A stretch of DNA of 64,000 bases from Clostridia bacterium (GCA_021199295.1 JAJQII010000002.1:7756-71755); one strand, 5' to 3'; shown: positions 10,065 through 20,505, counted from the first letter of the stretch. Notes: generated by a model not told the origin, from the sequence alone. Program-made: numbers and translations.

Positions 10065-10433
10065 TTAAAGAACTTCGGGAGCAAGGGAAATTATCTTCAT
10101 ATAGTTCTTTTCCCTGAGTTCCCTTGCGATCGGTCCAAAAATACGAGTGCCCTTGGGCTCTTTATTCTGGCCTATAATAACCGCCGCGTTGTCGTCGAAT
10201 CTGATATATGTGCCGTCGTCGCGCCTTATACCCTTTGTGGTACGCACGATAACAGCCTTAACTACTTCGCCTTTCTTTACGCCGCCGCCGGGGGTTGCCG
10301 TTTTAACCGAGCACACGATTACGTCGCCTATATTGCCCGTTTTACGGAAACTTCCGCCCAGCACCTTTATGCACATAAGCTCTTTAGCGCCGCTGTTGTC
10401 TGCAGCTTTGAGCCTTGTCTGGGGTTGTATCAT
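10065..10433 (-). CDS. rplN: 50S ribosomal protein L14
   Basis: 122 aa, [28 protein letters not shown]... Confidence 0.97.
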   Translation of the reverse strand: MIQPQTRLKAADNSGAKELMCIKVLGGSFRKTGNIGDVIVCSVKTATPGGGVKKGEVVKAVIVRTTKGIRRDDGTYIRFDDNAAVIIGQNKEPKGTRIFGPIARELREKNYMKIISLAPEVL

Positions 10434-10496
10434 ATAAATTCTCCTTGATTTATGATTAAATACCTACAACAACTTTTGCAGAGGACTGTGTTCTGC

Positions 10497-10639
10497 TCAC
10501 GCAATTCTTTTTTATTGCTGTAAAAAAACAATTGCCGTGACTTTTCGGGGACAACCATTCTTACGAATGTTATTTCCCCGCTTTTTCGTATTTTTCAGGG
10601 CGTACCATTAATATAATACGAAAAATTCACCCTTTTACC
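10497..10639 (-). repeat. Element X copy 1 (~145-nt triple hairpin) in the rpsQ-rplN spacer
   Basis: Aligns along its whole length with 20506-20660 and with the reverse complement of 31077-31234. Hairpins are H1 10497-10538 and H3 arms 10581-10591 / 10614-10624. Confidence 0.9.
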
Positions 10640-10794
10640 CTGAGCTGCAAGTAGGTTGCAGCAAATATGGGCGCTCAGGCACAGCAAAGCCGCACCTTCG
10701 CCCTGTTTATTATTTTAAACATATAGGGCGTCTGCGGAGAGCAGATTGTTTTATTTTTATCAGTCGTGCAAGCGATTGTTTTGGGAAAAGGTTA

Positions 10795-11052
10795 TTATTT
10801 AGCCTTTTCTATTATTTCTGCCACCCTCCAGTTTTTATCTTTGGAGAGCTTTCTTGTTTCTACTATTCTGACCTTGTCACCTATGCCGCACTCGTTATTT
10901 TCGTCGTGGGCCTTGAACTTCGTGGTCTTTGTTATAGTCTTTTTATACAGGGGATGCTTGCTCTTTTCGGTAATGGCTACGACAACCGTCTTATCCATTT
11001 TATCTGAAACTACAAGCCCGACTCTTTCTTTCCTGAGCGATGTCCTTTCCAT
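10795..11052 (-). CDS. rpsQ: 30S ribosomal protein S17
   Basis: 85 aa, ...[16 protein letters not shown]... Confidence 0.96.
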   Translation of the reverse strand: MERTSLRKERVGLVVSDKMDKTVVVAITEKSKHPLYKKTITKTTKFKAHDENNECGIGDKVRIVETRKLSKDKNWRVAEIIEKAK

Positions 11053-11063
11053 AAATAATCTCC

Positions 11064-11258
11064 TTAACCCTTAAGCTGCCTTTGGCGTATAACGGTGTTT
11101 ACCCTTGCGATATCCTTTTTAACAAGGTTTATCTGCATGGGATTGTCAAGCTGGCCGCTCGCATGGCGGAAACGAAGATTGAACAGCTCGGTTTTAAGCT
11201 CTTTCAGCCTTGCGTCGAGTTCCGCATCGGTCAAATTTACTATTTCTTTAGCTTTCAT
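11064..11258 (-). CDS. rpmC: 50S ribosomal protein L29
   Basis: Trimmed to ATG 11258: [30 protein letters not shown]...; short overlap with the rplP end. Confidence 0.92.
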   Translation of the reverse strand: MKAKEIVNLTDAELDARLKELKTELFNLRFRHASGQLDNPMQINLVKKDIARVNTVIRQRQLKG

Positions 11259-11691
11259 TCGCTTCACCGCCTTCGGCTGATACCGCCTCTTTCTTGACAA
11301 ACTTGCACTTTATGGGAAGTTTGTGGCTCGCAAGGCGCATTGCCTCCCTTGCCGTTTCTTCGGAAACACCCGCCATTTCGAACATAACCCTGCCGGGTTT
11401 AACTACTGCCACCCAGTATTCTACAGCGCCTTTACCACTGCCCATACGGGTTTCGGCAGGCTTCTTGGTTATGGGCTTATGGGGGAATATATCTATCCAG
11501 ACTTTACCGCCACGCTTGATGAACCTGGTCATTGCGATACGGGCAGCTTCTATCTGGTTGGAAGTTATCCATGCACACTCTTCAGCGACAAGGCCATATT
11601 CGCCGTATGCGACTACGTTGCCCTTCTGCGCACGGCCCTTCATTCTGCCGCGGTGCTGTCTTCTTCTTTTAACTCTCTTGGGGATTAACAT
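11248..11691 (-). CDS. rplP: 50S ribosomal protein L16
   Basis: 147 aa, [19 protein letters not shown]... Confidence 0.97.
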   Translation of the reverse strand: MLIPKRVKRRRQHRGRMKGRAQKGNVVAYGEYGLVAEECAWITSNQIEAARIAMTRFIKRGGKVWIDIFPHKPITKKPAETRMGSGKGAVEYWVAVVKPGRVMFEMAGVSEETAREAMRLASHKLPIKCKFVKKEAVSAEGGEANES

Positions 11692-11692
11692 T

Positions 11693-12364
11693 TTACTCTT
11701 CGCCTCCGTCTGAGATCATGAGCTTTCTTGAACCCGAAAGCACTTCGCCCTTGTATATCCAGCATTTTACGCCGAGTACGCCGAACGTGGTGTGGGCCTC
11801 TGCAAAGCCGTAGTCGATATCCGCGCGGATAGTCTGAAGGGGAATAGAACCGTCGTGGTAGCTTTCGCTGCCTGCGATTTCCCTGCCGTCAAGCCTGCCG
11901 CTTACGGTGATTTTAACACCCTTTACGCCCGTCTTGGAAACTTTGGATATCTGTTGCTTTACAGCCCTTCTGTAAGATACACGCTTTTCGAGCTGTGCGG
12001 CTACCGCCTCGGCTACGAGCTGTGCATCCTGATCTACTTTATCTATCTTTTTAACGTTGATTATTACTGCCTTGCCCTTGGTGAGCTTAGTAAGAGATTT
12101 TTTAATAACCTCTACTTCAGCGCCCTGCTTGCCGATAAGAACGCCAGGACGGCCCGTGTAGATGCTTACTTCTACCTTGTTTGCCGCCCTAACGATGGTT
12201 ATCTTGCTTATGGCTGCTTCGTAATACTTCTTTTTAAGGAATTTACGGATTTCGTTGTCTTCTTTTATATATTTAGAGAAATCCTTTTTATCGGCGTACC
12301 ACTGGGTATCCCACGCGTCTATAACGCCTACTCTTAAACCATGAGGATTAACTTTCTGTCCCAT
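11693..12364 (-). CDS. rpsC: 30S ribosomal protein S3
   Basis: 223 aa, [15 protein letters not shown]... Confidence 0.97.
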   Translation of the reverse strand: MGQKVNPHGLRVGVIDAWDTQWYADKKDFSKYIKEDNEIRKFLKKKYYEAAISKITIVRAANKVEVSIYTGRPGVLIGKQGAEVEVIKKSLTKLTKGKAVIINVKKIDKVDQDAQLVAEAVAAQLEKRVSYRRAVKQQISKVSKTGVKGVKITVSGRLDGREIAGSESYHDGSIPLQTIRADIDYGFAEAHTTFGVLGVKCWIYKGEVLSGSRKLMISDGGEE

Positions 12365-12376
12365 ACTTAACTCTCC

Positions 12377-12766
12377 TTAAATATTCTTCGCGTCAAGGAT
12401 AACGGTGATGTGGCTCGTTCTCTTTAAGATTGCCCTGCCGCGTCCCTTGGAAACGGGCTGCATTCTCTTAAGGTGAGGGCCGCCGTCAGCAAATGCCTCG
12501 GCTACGAAAAGGTCGCCCCTGTCCATGCCGTTGTTGTGTTCTGCGTTTGCTGCCGCCGAAAGAAGAACTTTTTTAACGTCTTCTGAACCGCCCTTGGTGC
12601 AATAGGTAAGTATGGCCTCGGCTTCTTCAACGCTCTTGCCCCTTATAAGAGCAAGAACCGTCCTGACCTTGTAGGGGGAAATTCTTACATATTTTGCCGT
12701 AGCATAGGGACGTTTGTCCTTGGTTGCGGCAATCTTTTCAACTTTTTTATTCATGTTGCTTGCCAT
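12377..12766 (-). CDS. rplV: 50S ribosomal protein L22
   Basis: 129 aa; operon position, ...ARYVRISPYKVR... Confidence 0.95.
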   Translation of the reverse strand: MASNMNKKVEKIAATKDKRPYATAKYVRISPYKVRTVLALIRGKSVEEAEAILTYCTKGGSEDVKKVLLSAAANAEHNNGMDRGDLFVAEAFADGGPHLKRMQPVSKGRGRAILKRTSHITVILDAKNI

Positions 12767-12777
12767 AATCTTTCTCC

Positions 12778-13050
12778 TTACTTCTTGGTCGTCTTAGCCG
12801 CGTGACCTTTGAATGTACGTGTGGGAGCAAACTCACCGAGCTTGCAGCCAACCATATCTTCGGTTATATACACGGGAACGTGCTTCCTGCCGTCGTACAC
12901 CGCTATGGTGTGCCCGACCATCTGGGGGAATATTGTGCTTGCCCTGGACCATGTTTTTAAAACTTTCTTTTCGCCAGACTCGTTCATCGCCTCTATGCGG
13001 GACATGAGACGGGCTTCGACGTAAGGTCCTTTTTTAACGCTTCTCGACAT
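12778..13050 (-). CDS. rpsS: 30S ribosomal protein S19
   Basis: 90 aa, [12 protein letters not shown]... Confidence 0.97.
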   Translation of the reverse strand: MSRSVKKGPYVEARLMSRIEAMNESGEKKVLKTWSRASTIFPQMVGHTIAVYDGRKHVPVYITEDMVGCKLGEFAPTRTFKGHAAKTTKK

Positions 13051-13063
13051 TTTCTATTCCTCC

Positions 13064-13891
13064 TTAATTTATTCTCTTTAATATGAACTTGGAAGAAGTG
13101 TTCTTCTTCTTTCTTGTCTTGTAACCCAAAGCAGGCTTGCCCCAAGGGGTCATAGGGCCTGCATGGCCGACAGGGCTCTTGCCTTCGCCGCCGCCGTGAG
13201 GGTGGTCGTTAGGGTTCATGACAGAACCGCGGACGGTGGGCTTGATGCCGAGGTGTCTTGTTTTACCCGCTTTGCCGAGGTGGACGATCTCGTGTTCGAG
13301 GTTGCCTACCTGGCCTATGGTTGCCCTGCATTTAACGGGGATAAGCCTCATTTCGCCTGAAGGCATTTTGATGGTAGCGTAAGCGCCTTCCTTTGCCATT
13401 ATCTGTGCGGATATGCCTGCGGCGCGGGCTATCTGAGCGCCCCTGCCGGGTTTCATCTCTATGGCGTGTACGACTGTACCTACGGGGATATCTTCGAGGG
13501 CGAGCGTGTTGCCTGCCTTGATATCAGCGCCCTTGCCAGAAAGCACCTTGTCGCCTACGTTTAAGCCTACGGGCGCGAGGATGTACCTCTTTTCGCCGTC
13601 TGCGTAAACCAAAAGCGCGATATGCGCCGAACGGTTGGGATCGTACTGGATGCTCTTTACCGTTGCGGGTACGCCGTCTTTATTGCGTTTGAAATCTATA
13701 ATTCTGTACTTGGTTTTGTTGCCGCCGCCAATGTGACGCACGGTAATCCTGCCCATGTTGTTTCTGCCGCCGGTCTTGCGCTTGTCGTGCAGGAGGCTTC
13801 TTTCGGGTTTGTCGCCCGTCAGCTCGCTGTAAGTGCTTACCGTCATAAAACGGCGTGCAGGCGAAGTGGGCTTATATCTCTTGATTGCCAT
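13064..13891 (-). CDS. rplB: 50S ribosomal protein L2
   Basis: 275 aa, [18 protein letters not shown]... Confidence 0.97.
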   Translation of the reverse strand: MAIKRYKPTSPARRFMTVSTYSELTGDKPERSLLHDKRKTGGRNNMGRITVRHIGGGNKTKYRIIDFKRNKDGVPATVKSIQYDPNRSAHIALLVYADGEKRYILAPVGLNVGDKVLSGKGADIKAGNTLALEDIPVGTVVHAIEMKPGRGAQIARAAGISAQIMAKEGAYATIKMPSGEMRLIPVKCRATIGQVGNLEHEIVHLGKAGKTRHLGIKPTVRGSVMNPNDHPHGGGEGKSPVGHAGPMTPWGKPALGYKTRKKKNTSSKFILKRIN

Positions 13892-13905
13892 TTATACTTC
13901 CTCCT

Positions 13906-14196
13906 TTATGACAATGAGTTGAAGAACTCTATCGCTTTGGAATCGGCTTTAAGCTGTACTACAGCCTTTTTGTAGTCGGGGGTGTAGCCCTCGTTCCTGC
14001 CCATTCTCTTAAGTTTGCCTTTGCAGTTTATGGTGTTCACGCTTTGTACTTTAACGCCGAACAGCTTTTCTACTGCCATTTTGATTTCGGTCTTATTCGC
14101 CGACTTTTTAACGATGAAGGTGTACTTCTTGTCGGCTATACCGTCGTAGCCCTTTTCTGTAAGCAGGGGCTTTATGATGATATCTTCAGCGAACAT
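13906..14196 (-). CDS. rplW: 50S ribosomal protein L23
   Basis: 96 aa; operon position. Confidence 0.94.
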   Translation of the reverse strand: MFAEDIIIKPLLTEKGYDGIADKKYTFIVKKSANKTEIKMAVEKLFGVKVQSVNTINCKGKLKRMGRNEGYTPDYKKAVVQLKADSKAIEFFNSLS

Positions 14197-14822
14197 TATT
14201 TACCGTAGACCTCCTCGATTACTTTTACCGCCTCTTTGGTAAGAACTACTTTGCTGTTTGCAACCACTTCGTATGTGGATATCTGCGCCACGGGAAGGGT
14301 GGTAAGTTTTTGTATGTTCTGTGCCGCGCGGATTACTTTTATATCGTCGTTATCCATTACGACAACGGCAGATTTGTCAAGACCTAACGCCTTCTGGAAG
14401 GCTACCATCTCTTTGGTTTTGCCGTTTTCAACCGAAAGGCTTTCGACTACGATAAGCTCGCCGTCGGTAACCTTTTTGGAAAGGGCAGATACAAGCGCGG
14501 CAGCTTTTGCCTTCTTGTTCATGTCCTTGGAGTAGTCACGGCTCTTGGGTGCGAACACAACGCCGCCCTTTACCCACTGGGGAGCTCTTATAGAGCCCTG
14601 GCGGGCATTGCCTGTGCCCTTCTGCCTCCAGGGTTTGCGTCCGCCGCCCCTTACTTCTGTACGGGTGAGGGTGGATTTTGTTCCCTGCCTGTCGTTTGCA
14701 AGGCGGGTTACTACCGCCTGGTGTATAAGCGCTTCGTTGTATTCAGCGCCGAACACTGCTTCGCTCAATTCTATGTTGCCGGCTTCAGTGCCGTCCATTT
14801 TATATACTTTTACGCTGGGCAT
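14196..14822 (-). CDS. rplD: 50S ribosomal protein L4
   Basis: 208 aa, ...[20 protein letters not shown]... Confidence 0.96.
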   Translation of the reverse strand: MPSVKVYKMDGTEAGNIELSEAVFGAEYNEALIHQAVVTRLANDRQGTKSTLTRTEVRGGGRKPWRQKGTGNARQGSIRAPQWVKGGVVFAPKSRDYSKDMNKKAKAAALVSALSKKVTDGELIVVESLSVENGKTKEMVAFQKALGLDKSAVVVMDNDDIKVIRAAQNIQKLTTLPVAQISTYEVVANSKVVLTKEAVKVIEEVYGK

Positions 14823-14836
14823 TTCTCTCGTCCTCC

Positions 14837-15466
14837 TTATTTAACGGTGTCGTTAATAGTTACGACGCTGCCCTCGGGTCCGGGAACTGAACCCTTTATC
14901 AGAATGCAATTTCTTGCAACGTCTACTCTCACGATTTCAAGGTTCTGAATGGTAACGTTTTCCACGCCGTACTGTCCGGGAAGGCGCTTGTTCTTGAATA
15001 CCCTTGAAGGGGAGCTGTTAGCGCCCATTGAGCCGGGCTCTCTGTGAACAGGGCCTACGCCGTGCGTTTCCTTCAGCCTGTGCTGATTCCATCTTTTGAT
15101 TACGCCTGAAAAGCCGTGGCCCTTGGATACGCCGTGAACGTCTACCTTGTCGCCTGCAGCGAACACGTCGGCTTTAATTTCGCCGCCCACGCTGTAAGAA
15201 GAAAGGTCGTCCAGCCTGAATTCCTTGAGCACTTTGCAGGGCTTTACGCCTGCCTTTTTGAACTGCCCGAGCTGGGGTTTGTTAAGGCTCTTCTCGTCCG
15301 TTTCGTCAAAACCGAGTTTTAAAGCGGCATAGCCGTCCTTTTCAACAGTTTTGATTTGCACTACGGGGCAAGGGCCTGCTTCGATTACGGTTACAGGTAT
15401 TACCTTGCCTTCTGCCGTGAAGATCTGGGTCATACCAGCTTTACGGCCGATGATTGCTTTATTCAT
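14837..15466 (-). CDS. rplC: 50S ribosomal protein L3
   Basis: 209 aa, [16 protein letters not shown]... Confidence 0.96.
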   Translation of the reverse strand: MNKAIIGRKAGMTQIFTAEGKVIPVTVIEAGPCPVVQIKTVEKDGYAALKLGFDETDEKSLNKPQLGQFKKAGVKPCKVLKEFRLDDLSSYSVGGEIKADVFAAGDKVDVHGVSKGHGFSGVIKRWNQHRLKETHGVGPVHREPGSMGANSSPSRVFKNKRLPGQYGVENVTIQNLEIVRVDVARNCILIKGSVPGPEGSVVTINDTVK

Positions 15467-15594
15467 TGATAAAGTTCCTCCGATTTATTTATTGAAAATA
15501 CCTCGCCTTTACGTCCCGCCGTAAAGATCTACGTCGACTTAAAGGTGTAGAGTATTTGCTTGCTTATTAATTATATATTATATGGTAATGGCAA

Positions 15595-15894
15595 TTACAG
15601 CTTGATTTTGATATCAACGCCTGCGGGAAGATGGACGGTGTCCAGAAGTTTCGCGTTGGGCGTGTAGATATCTATTATCCTTTTGTATGTGCGCTGTTCA
15701 AACTGCTCGCGGCTGTCCTTATATTTGTGGGGGCAGCGAAGGATGGTAACTATCTCCCTTTCGGTGGGAAGGGGTATAGGCCCTGATATTTTAGCGCCGC
15801 TCTTTTTCATTGTTTCCACGATGCGCGAAGCCGCAAGGTCCACAAGTTCGTGGTCGTAAGCTGCAAGTTTGATTCTTATTTTTTGTCCTGCCAT
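15595..15894 (-). CDS. rpsJ: 30S ribosomal protein S10
   Basis: Trimmed to ATG 15894 (AAGGAG upstream): [20 protein letters not shown]... Confidence 0.95.
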   Translation of the reverse strand: MAGQKIRIKLAAYDHELVDLAASRIVETMKKSGAKISGPIPLPTEREIVTILRCPHKYKDSREQFEQRTYKRIIDIYTPNAKLLDTVHLPAGVDIKIKL

Positions 15895-15972
15895 GTTAAT
15901 TCTCCTTTTTATACTAACAACAGATTGATTTTGAAAACGTGTCAACGTTACCGTGTGTATCGCGATTTTCCC

Positions 15973-16000
15973 AATAAAAAAACACCATACTTATGGCGCA
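15973..16000 (-). terminator. leader hairpin plus U-tract (candidate attenuator) about 80 nt upstream of rpsJ
   Basis: Minus-strand RNA GCGCCAUA-AGU-AUGGUGU followed by UUUUUUAUU. It lies between the promoter at 16142-16170 and the rpsJ start. Confidence 0.55.
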
Positions 16001-16141
16001 CAAAGGGGAAAGCCACGGTTAGTCGCCGGGGTCTCGCCCCGACATTTGTCAGCGGAAATTATCTGTCCCGTCGGCTTTAAGACGGGTTTTGCAGTAACTT
16101 TACGCCTCTTCCCATACGCACTTTTTTAAACACGCTTAGCT

Positions 16142-16170
16142 ATTATATAATACGCGAAATTTAAAGTCAA
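16142..16170 (-). promoter_or_regulatory. sigma-A-type promoter of the S10 operon
   Basis: Minus strand reads TTGACT, a 17-nt spacer, then TATAAT. This implies a ~240-nt leader. Confidence 0.8.
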
Positions 16171-16340
16171 GCGTTTGAAAGCACTTTTTTGAGTGTTTTC
16201 GGCTGTTTTTTGCCCGATTTTGCCCCGTTTTCGCGATATTTTTATCCATTATCCAAAAGCGCCTGCAATACCCGCCGCAATACCCCATATATTGACAAAA
16301 TTCGGCAAAACTTTCAATATTTTGTGTGAGCGCCACACAC

Positions 16341-16366
16341 AAAAAAATGCCGCCTTACGGCGGCTG
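16341..16366 (-). terminator. rho-independent terminator after the ABC/membrane-protein operon
   Basis: Minus strand GCCGCC-GTAA-GGCGGC followed by TTTTTTT. Confidence 0.8.
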
Positions 16367-16501
16367 GAAGAACTATTTTGCAAAAATTTTTATCTATTAT
16401 ATTTTCTTATACCCCTTTCAAAGTCAGCTTATAACAAAAATTTTGTTAAAAACTAACACTTTTAGCGGCTAAAAGGGCTCTATGAAAAAAATTTCATAAA
16501 A

Positions 16502-17443
16502 TTATTTTTCCGTGGCTATATCGCCCGCCTGGGGCACGGGCTGCCCTTCTTCCCCTTCCCCTTCGGAGTCAAGCTCGAAAAGGAATGCCAGATCCTGGAG
16601 CAGTTCCTGTTCCGTCTGGGTGAAGTCAGTCTTTTTAACACTGTAGTAATTTCTTTTAGCCCTTTCTTTTGCAAGGCGTTCCTCTTCCATTTTAAGGCGG
16701 CGTTTGCGCTCCTTTTCAGAAATGGTTTCGTTGCTTATCCCGAGTTTTTTTAGTTTGACAAGGGAAAGTATGCCCAGGATTACCACTACCAGCAGAAGCG
16801 CCGTGCATACAGCCTTTATTATCGATTCGAAAATCATAGAAAAGGGCATATCTGAAAGCATAGAGCTTAAATCGCCGCCTCCGCCTGGCGCTTCGGCAAC
16901 AGTGCTGTCGCCTGAACTGCGCATCAGGCTTTGTTCCGACTGGAAAAGCCAGCGTACTCCCGTCATACAAGAACCTGCGTCCTTTAATATGTTCTCCACG
17001 CGAAACCATATCATCATACCCGAATTTTTAAGGGCTGACGATATCTCGGAGCTTGACATGCCGTCAAAATCGCTGGACTGCGTATAAGACGAAACCTGGC
17101 TTACAATTATGCACACGGCGGTAAGCAGTATTATCATTATGCTTAAAATGCTGTCGGTCTTGGGGAAACGCGTCTGCAAGTCCTTTTTAAGCCCCGCGTT
17201 GTAAGAACGTTCGAGCGAATTGGTTATAACCAGCAATACCACCCATGCCGCCATTACGGCTATAAGAAGGGGCGAACACATAAAATAAACTATAGGTATT
17301 GCCGCGATAAGGCATATTTTTATTATTTTATACACCTTTAGCGGCATTATGGGCTTACGGTTTTTATTCCTGCTTATGCCCATCTCGTCTTCGCGTTCCA
17401 TGCGCCGCAAGCGCTTGCGTTCACTATTTTTCATCAGTCGCAC
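16502..17443 (-). CDS. hypothetical membrane protein (about 4 TM, charged termini), coupled to the upstream ABC gene
   Basis: 313 aa; hydrophobic segments in the translation; 10-nt overlap with the end of ORF 17434-19341; no family recognised. Confidence 0.6.
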   Translation of the reverse strand: MRLMKNSERKRLRRMEREDEMGISRNKNRKPIMPLKVYKIIKICLIAAIPIVYFMCSPLLIAVMAAWVVLLVITNSLERSYNAGLKKDLQTRFPKTDSILSIMIILLTAVCIIVSQVSSYTQSSDFDGMSSSEISSALKNSGMMIWFRVENILKDAGSCMTGVRWLFQSEQSLMRSSGDSTVAEAPGGGGDLSSMLSDMPFSMIFESIIKAVCTALLLVVVILGILSLVKLKKLGISNETISEKERKRRLKMEEERLAKERAKRNYYSVKKTDFTQTEQELLQDLAFLFELDSEGEGEEGQPVPQAGDIATEK

Positions 17444-19341
17444 CTCAACGCTTCGGCGGGATCTTGCCGCGACGCCTGCATTGCCGGCATAAGCCCCGAC
17501 GCCACGCTGATAACCACGCTTACCGCAAAACCTATAAGATAGACAAGCACGTTATACGCTATTATAGTGCCTGATAAATAGCTTGACATTACCACGTTTG
17601 CCACAATGCTTATAAACAGGCTGACCATCACCGCCAGCAGTCCCGCCACACCGCCCGTTATGGCGGATTCAGTTATAAACAGCCTTGTGACGTCTTTCCG
17701 CCTTCCGCCAACGGCACGCAGTATGCCTATCTCCTTCGTCCTTTCTATCACGTTTATATACGTCACTATAAATATCATTATGGCAGAGACTACGAGCGAT
17801 ATGCAGGCAAAACCCGTAAGCACCATTGTGGCAAGATCTATATATTCGAGCATAGTTTCCACAGTTTCGTCGTCGCGCGAAACGGAATAACCCAGATCCT
17901 CTATAGTCTCTTTAACCGACGTTATGTAAGAAGTATCTTCCACGTACACATATAAGACATTCACGCGGTAAATTTTATTCGCAGCCAGATATAAGTTGCG
18001 CATAGCCGACATTGTCACGTACGCGCAGGGATAATCGGCATAATCGGTTGAATCCTCGTACACCCCGCTTATCGTGAACGTAGTGGACGCACCCGAGAAA
18101 ATTATATCTATTTCCGTTCCTATAAGTTCCCCTGCAGAAGTTATATCGTTTGAATAGAGATTCCTGGCAAACGAAGCGCTTATAATAATCTCGGAATCGC
18201 TTTCGCATTTGCCGCCCGCGGAATAGGTAAGGCTCAACGCATCGTACGTAGAGTTAAGCATAAGTATGTAACCAGTGTCGCCGCCGTAATCGTATGTGGA
18301 ATTAAGCCGCATATATAAGCCTTTTACCACGTAATCCACGCCCGAAATGCTTTCAAATTCTTCCACCACGCTGTCCGAGTCGGTAAAATACGTGGAAGTG
18401 CGTACCTGAAGCTGCAGCGTGTTCATAGAGTCGGCAAGCGTCGTGTTTACGTAATTGGTAAGTCCGCTGCTCAGACAAAATACTAAAATTACCGCCACTA
18501 TGCCTATAGACATGCCGATAGATACCAGTATATTGCGCCTGAGCGCCTGCTTGATATTGGAAAGAGCCAGCCGCGTGATATCAGAAAACTTTATGTCTTT
18601 AGTGCGAAGCACGGCAAGTTTTTCAAACTTTTTATTGGAATCGTAGTTGTGCACGTCTGACTTTACCACGCCGTCGTCTATGCTTATTATACGGCTGCAC
18701 TCGTTTGCGACTTTCTGCGAATGAGTGACAACTATTACAAGCCTGCCTGAATCTGCTATCTTTTTAAGTATCTTCATCACGTGGTCGGCAGATTCTTTGT
18801 CGAGCGCACCCGTAGGCTCGTCGGCAAGTATTATCGCGGGCGCGTTTGCCAGCGCACGCGCTATAGAAACCCTTTGCCTTTGCCCGCCCGAAAGCTGGTT
18901 CGGCAGTTTATCGGCATACTCCCCCAGCCCCATCTGCTTTAACAACGCCCTTGCCCGCTTTTTGCGCTTATCGTGCGGTATATCGTTCATCGTCATTGCT
19001 ATTTCCACGTTTTCGGCAATAGTCATATGATTTATGAGATTGTAGTTCTGGAAAATCATTCCCACCGTGCTTTTACGGTAATCGTCGAGCTGCTTCTCGT
19101 CGTAGTCTTTAAAAAACTCGTCTTCTAAAACTATGCTGCCCGTATAGTCGTTATCCAGCCCGCCAAGGATATTCATAAGGGTAGATTTGCCGCAGCCCGA
19201 TTCACCGAGAATGGCGACAAGTTCTCCCCGTTTAAATTCAACGTTGATGCCCTTTAGTACTTCCTGATAGTCGTTTTTTGATACACGGTAACTCTTTTTC
19301 AAGTTTGCAATGCGTAAAAAGCCATAAAAATTCCCTTTCAC
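17434..19341 (-). CDS. MacB/FtsX-type ABC transporter, fused ATPase and permease
   Basis: 635 aa. Walker [10 protein letters not shown], signature [15 protein letters not shown], Walker [13 protein letters not shown]-terminal FtsX-like TM bundle. The start is a GTG. Confidence 0.9.
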   Translation of the reverse strand: MKGNFYGFLRIANLKKSYRVSKNDYQEVLKGINVEFKRGELVAILGESGCGKSTLMNILGGLDNDYTGSIVLEDEFFKDYDEKQLDDYRKSTVGMIFQNYNLINHMTIAENVEIAMTMNDIPHDKRKKRARALLKQMGLGEYADKLPNQLSGGQRQRVSIARALANAPAIILADEPTGALDKESADHVMKILKKIADSGRLVIVVTHSQKVANECSRIISIDDGVVKSDVHNYDSNKKFEKLAVLRTKDIKFSDITRLALSNIKQALRRNILVSIGMSIGIVAVILVFCLSSGLTNYVNTTLADSMNTLQLQVRTSTYFTDSDSVVEEFESISGVDYVVKGLYMRLNSTYDYGGDTGYILMLNSTYDALSLTYSAGGKCESDSEIIISASFARNLYSNDITSAGELIGTEIDIIFSGASTTFTISGVYEDSTDYADYPCAYVTMSAMRNLYLAANKIYRVNVLYVYVEDTSYITSVKETIEDLGYSVSRDDETVETMLEYIDLATMVLTGFACISLVVSAIMIFIVTYINVIERTKEIGILRAVGGRRKDVTRLFITESAITGGVAGLLAVMVSLFISIVANVVMSSYLSGTIIAYNVLVYLIGFAVSVVISVASGLMPAMQASRQDPAEALRCD

Positions 19342-19436
19342 TTTAAAAAATATCTTCTTATGACTAATTTTTCTAATTTAAATGTAGCTTAAAATAATGA
19401 TAAAAACGCAAACATTTACGCAAATATCACCCCTTT

Positions 19437-19461
19437 TTCACACGAATTGTGAAACATTATA
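19437..19461 (-). promoter_or_regulatory. candidate -10 (TATAAT) with adjacent operator-like palindrome upstream of the ABC operon
   Basis: Minus strand TATAAT at 19456-19461 with a weak -35. The inverted repeat TCACA-N5-TGTGA at 19437-19454 lies immediately downstream. Confidence 0.4.
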
Positions 19462-19510
19462 CAAAAAATTATCCCTGTTGCACATAAGGACAACCGAGGG
19501 GAATTTAAAC

Positions 19511-19534
19511 AAAAAAAGCCCGACAATGTCGGGC
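19511..19534 (-). terminator. rho-independent terminator after the COG0523-like gene
   Basis: Minus strand GCCCGAC-ATT-GTCGGGC followed by TTTTTTT. Confidence 0.85.
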
Positions 19535-19543
19535 GAATGTGTA

Positions 19544-20491
19544 TCAATAAAATGTAGCAACTTCCTGTTCGGGGGGATCGGCGCGTTCCACGCTTTCGGC
19601 TATAAGCACAGGGCCTTTATCGCGGTACACGGAATTGTATTCGAAAGCCACTTTTGCCGTTATGGTAAGCCAGTCCTTTGTCTTTATTCCCTGCAAAAGA
19701 TTACCCACCTTTACGGCAAAACCGTCGTAAGCTATATCCGCCTCGCAGCAGGTCATAATATATCTGCCAAGGACTATATACCCCGCGGGTACTTTTTTGC
19801 TCACCGCCGCCATACCCTTAAACTTTACCGTCTTGCCGACATACTCATCCATCTTTTCGGCTATATCGCGGTAGAACAGGGCAAAATCCACGTCCTCGAT
19901 TTCCACAACGGGGGCGTTTACGTCAAACGGAAGAGGGTCTTCTATCTCGTCATATTCCACTTTGCCCCCTATATATTCGTAAACTATGTCAGAGCGGCGG
20001 GATATCCCGCGGACTACTTTGTGGAACTCCATCTTGTCGTATTCGCCCTTGAAGCGGTTGAACACTACCATCTGCGTCATCTGTATTTTATCGTAGACGA
20101 GCTGGCGCATATTCTGGTTGTAACTTGCAAAGGTGTTCGCATCGAAGAAGGTCATCATCTGGTTTATAACCCAGCATTCGGGCATGGCGTCGAAAAACTG
20201 CTGGAGCATCCACGTTCCGTTAAATTCCACGATAACGCGCTGTGCGCGGTGCTTTACGGTAAGCGCAAGCATGTTTTCGGCGGTAAGCTGCGTAACGTCG
20301 TCCAGAGTTTCTATGGCGACGTTTTTCACCTTGAATTTAGAGGGTTCGTATTCCACTTCCCCTTCCTCGCAGATAAGGAGCATGGTACGCTCGCCGCTTT
20401 CCATACGGGGATCTTCTAAAGTTTCCTGTATAAATTGAGTTTTGCCCGACTCTAAAAAGCCGAGGAATAAATAAACACTTACGTCTTGCAT
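19544..20491 (-). CDS. CobW/COG0523-like P-loop domain fused to a DUF1980/TIGR03943-like C-terminal domain
   Basis: 315 aa. N-terminus VYLFLGFLESGKTQF...LLICEEGEVEY is CobW-like. The C-terminus GRYIMTCCEADIAYDGF resembles the MTCCAADA motif of the TIGR03943 family (from memory). Confidence 0.7.
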   Translation of the reverse strand: MQDVSVYLFLGFLESGKTQFIQETLEDPRMESGERTMLLICEEGEVEYEPSKFKVKNVAIETLDDVTQLTAENMLALTVKHRAQRVIVEFNGTWMLQQFFDAMPECWVINQMMTFFDANTFASYNQNMRQLVYDKIQMTQMVVFNRFKGEYDKMEFHKVVRGISRRSDIVYEYIGGKVEYDEIEDPLPFDVNAPVVEIEDVDFALFYRDIAEKMDEYVGKTVKFKGMAAVSKKVPAGYIVLGRYIMTCCEADIAYDGFAVKVGNLLQGIKTKDWLTITAKVAFEYNSVYRDKGPVLIAESVERADPPEQEVATFY

Positions 20492-20505
20492 AAACTAACC
20501 GTGTT

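Noticed and set aside
15901-15950. TTGACA at about 15936-15941 as a proximal rpsJ promoter
   Set aside because: There is no acceptable -10 at 16-18 nt spacing, and the nearest TA-rich hexamer overlaps the RBS. The consensus promoter at 16142-16170 explains transcription.
19397-20419. 340-aa plus-strand ORF
   Set aside because: It is entirely antisense to the COG0523-like gene, has an aromatic- and His-rich composition typical of shadow ORFs, and shows no motifs.
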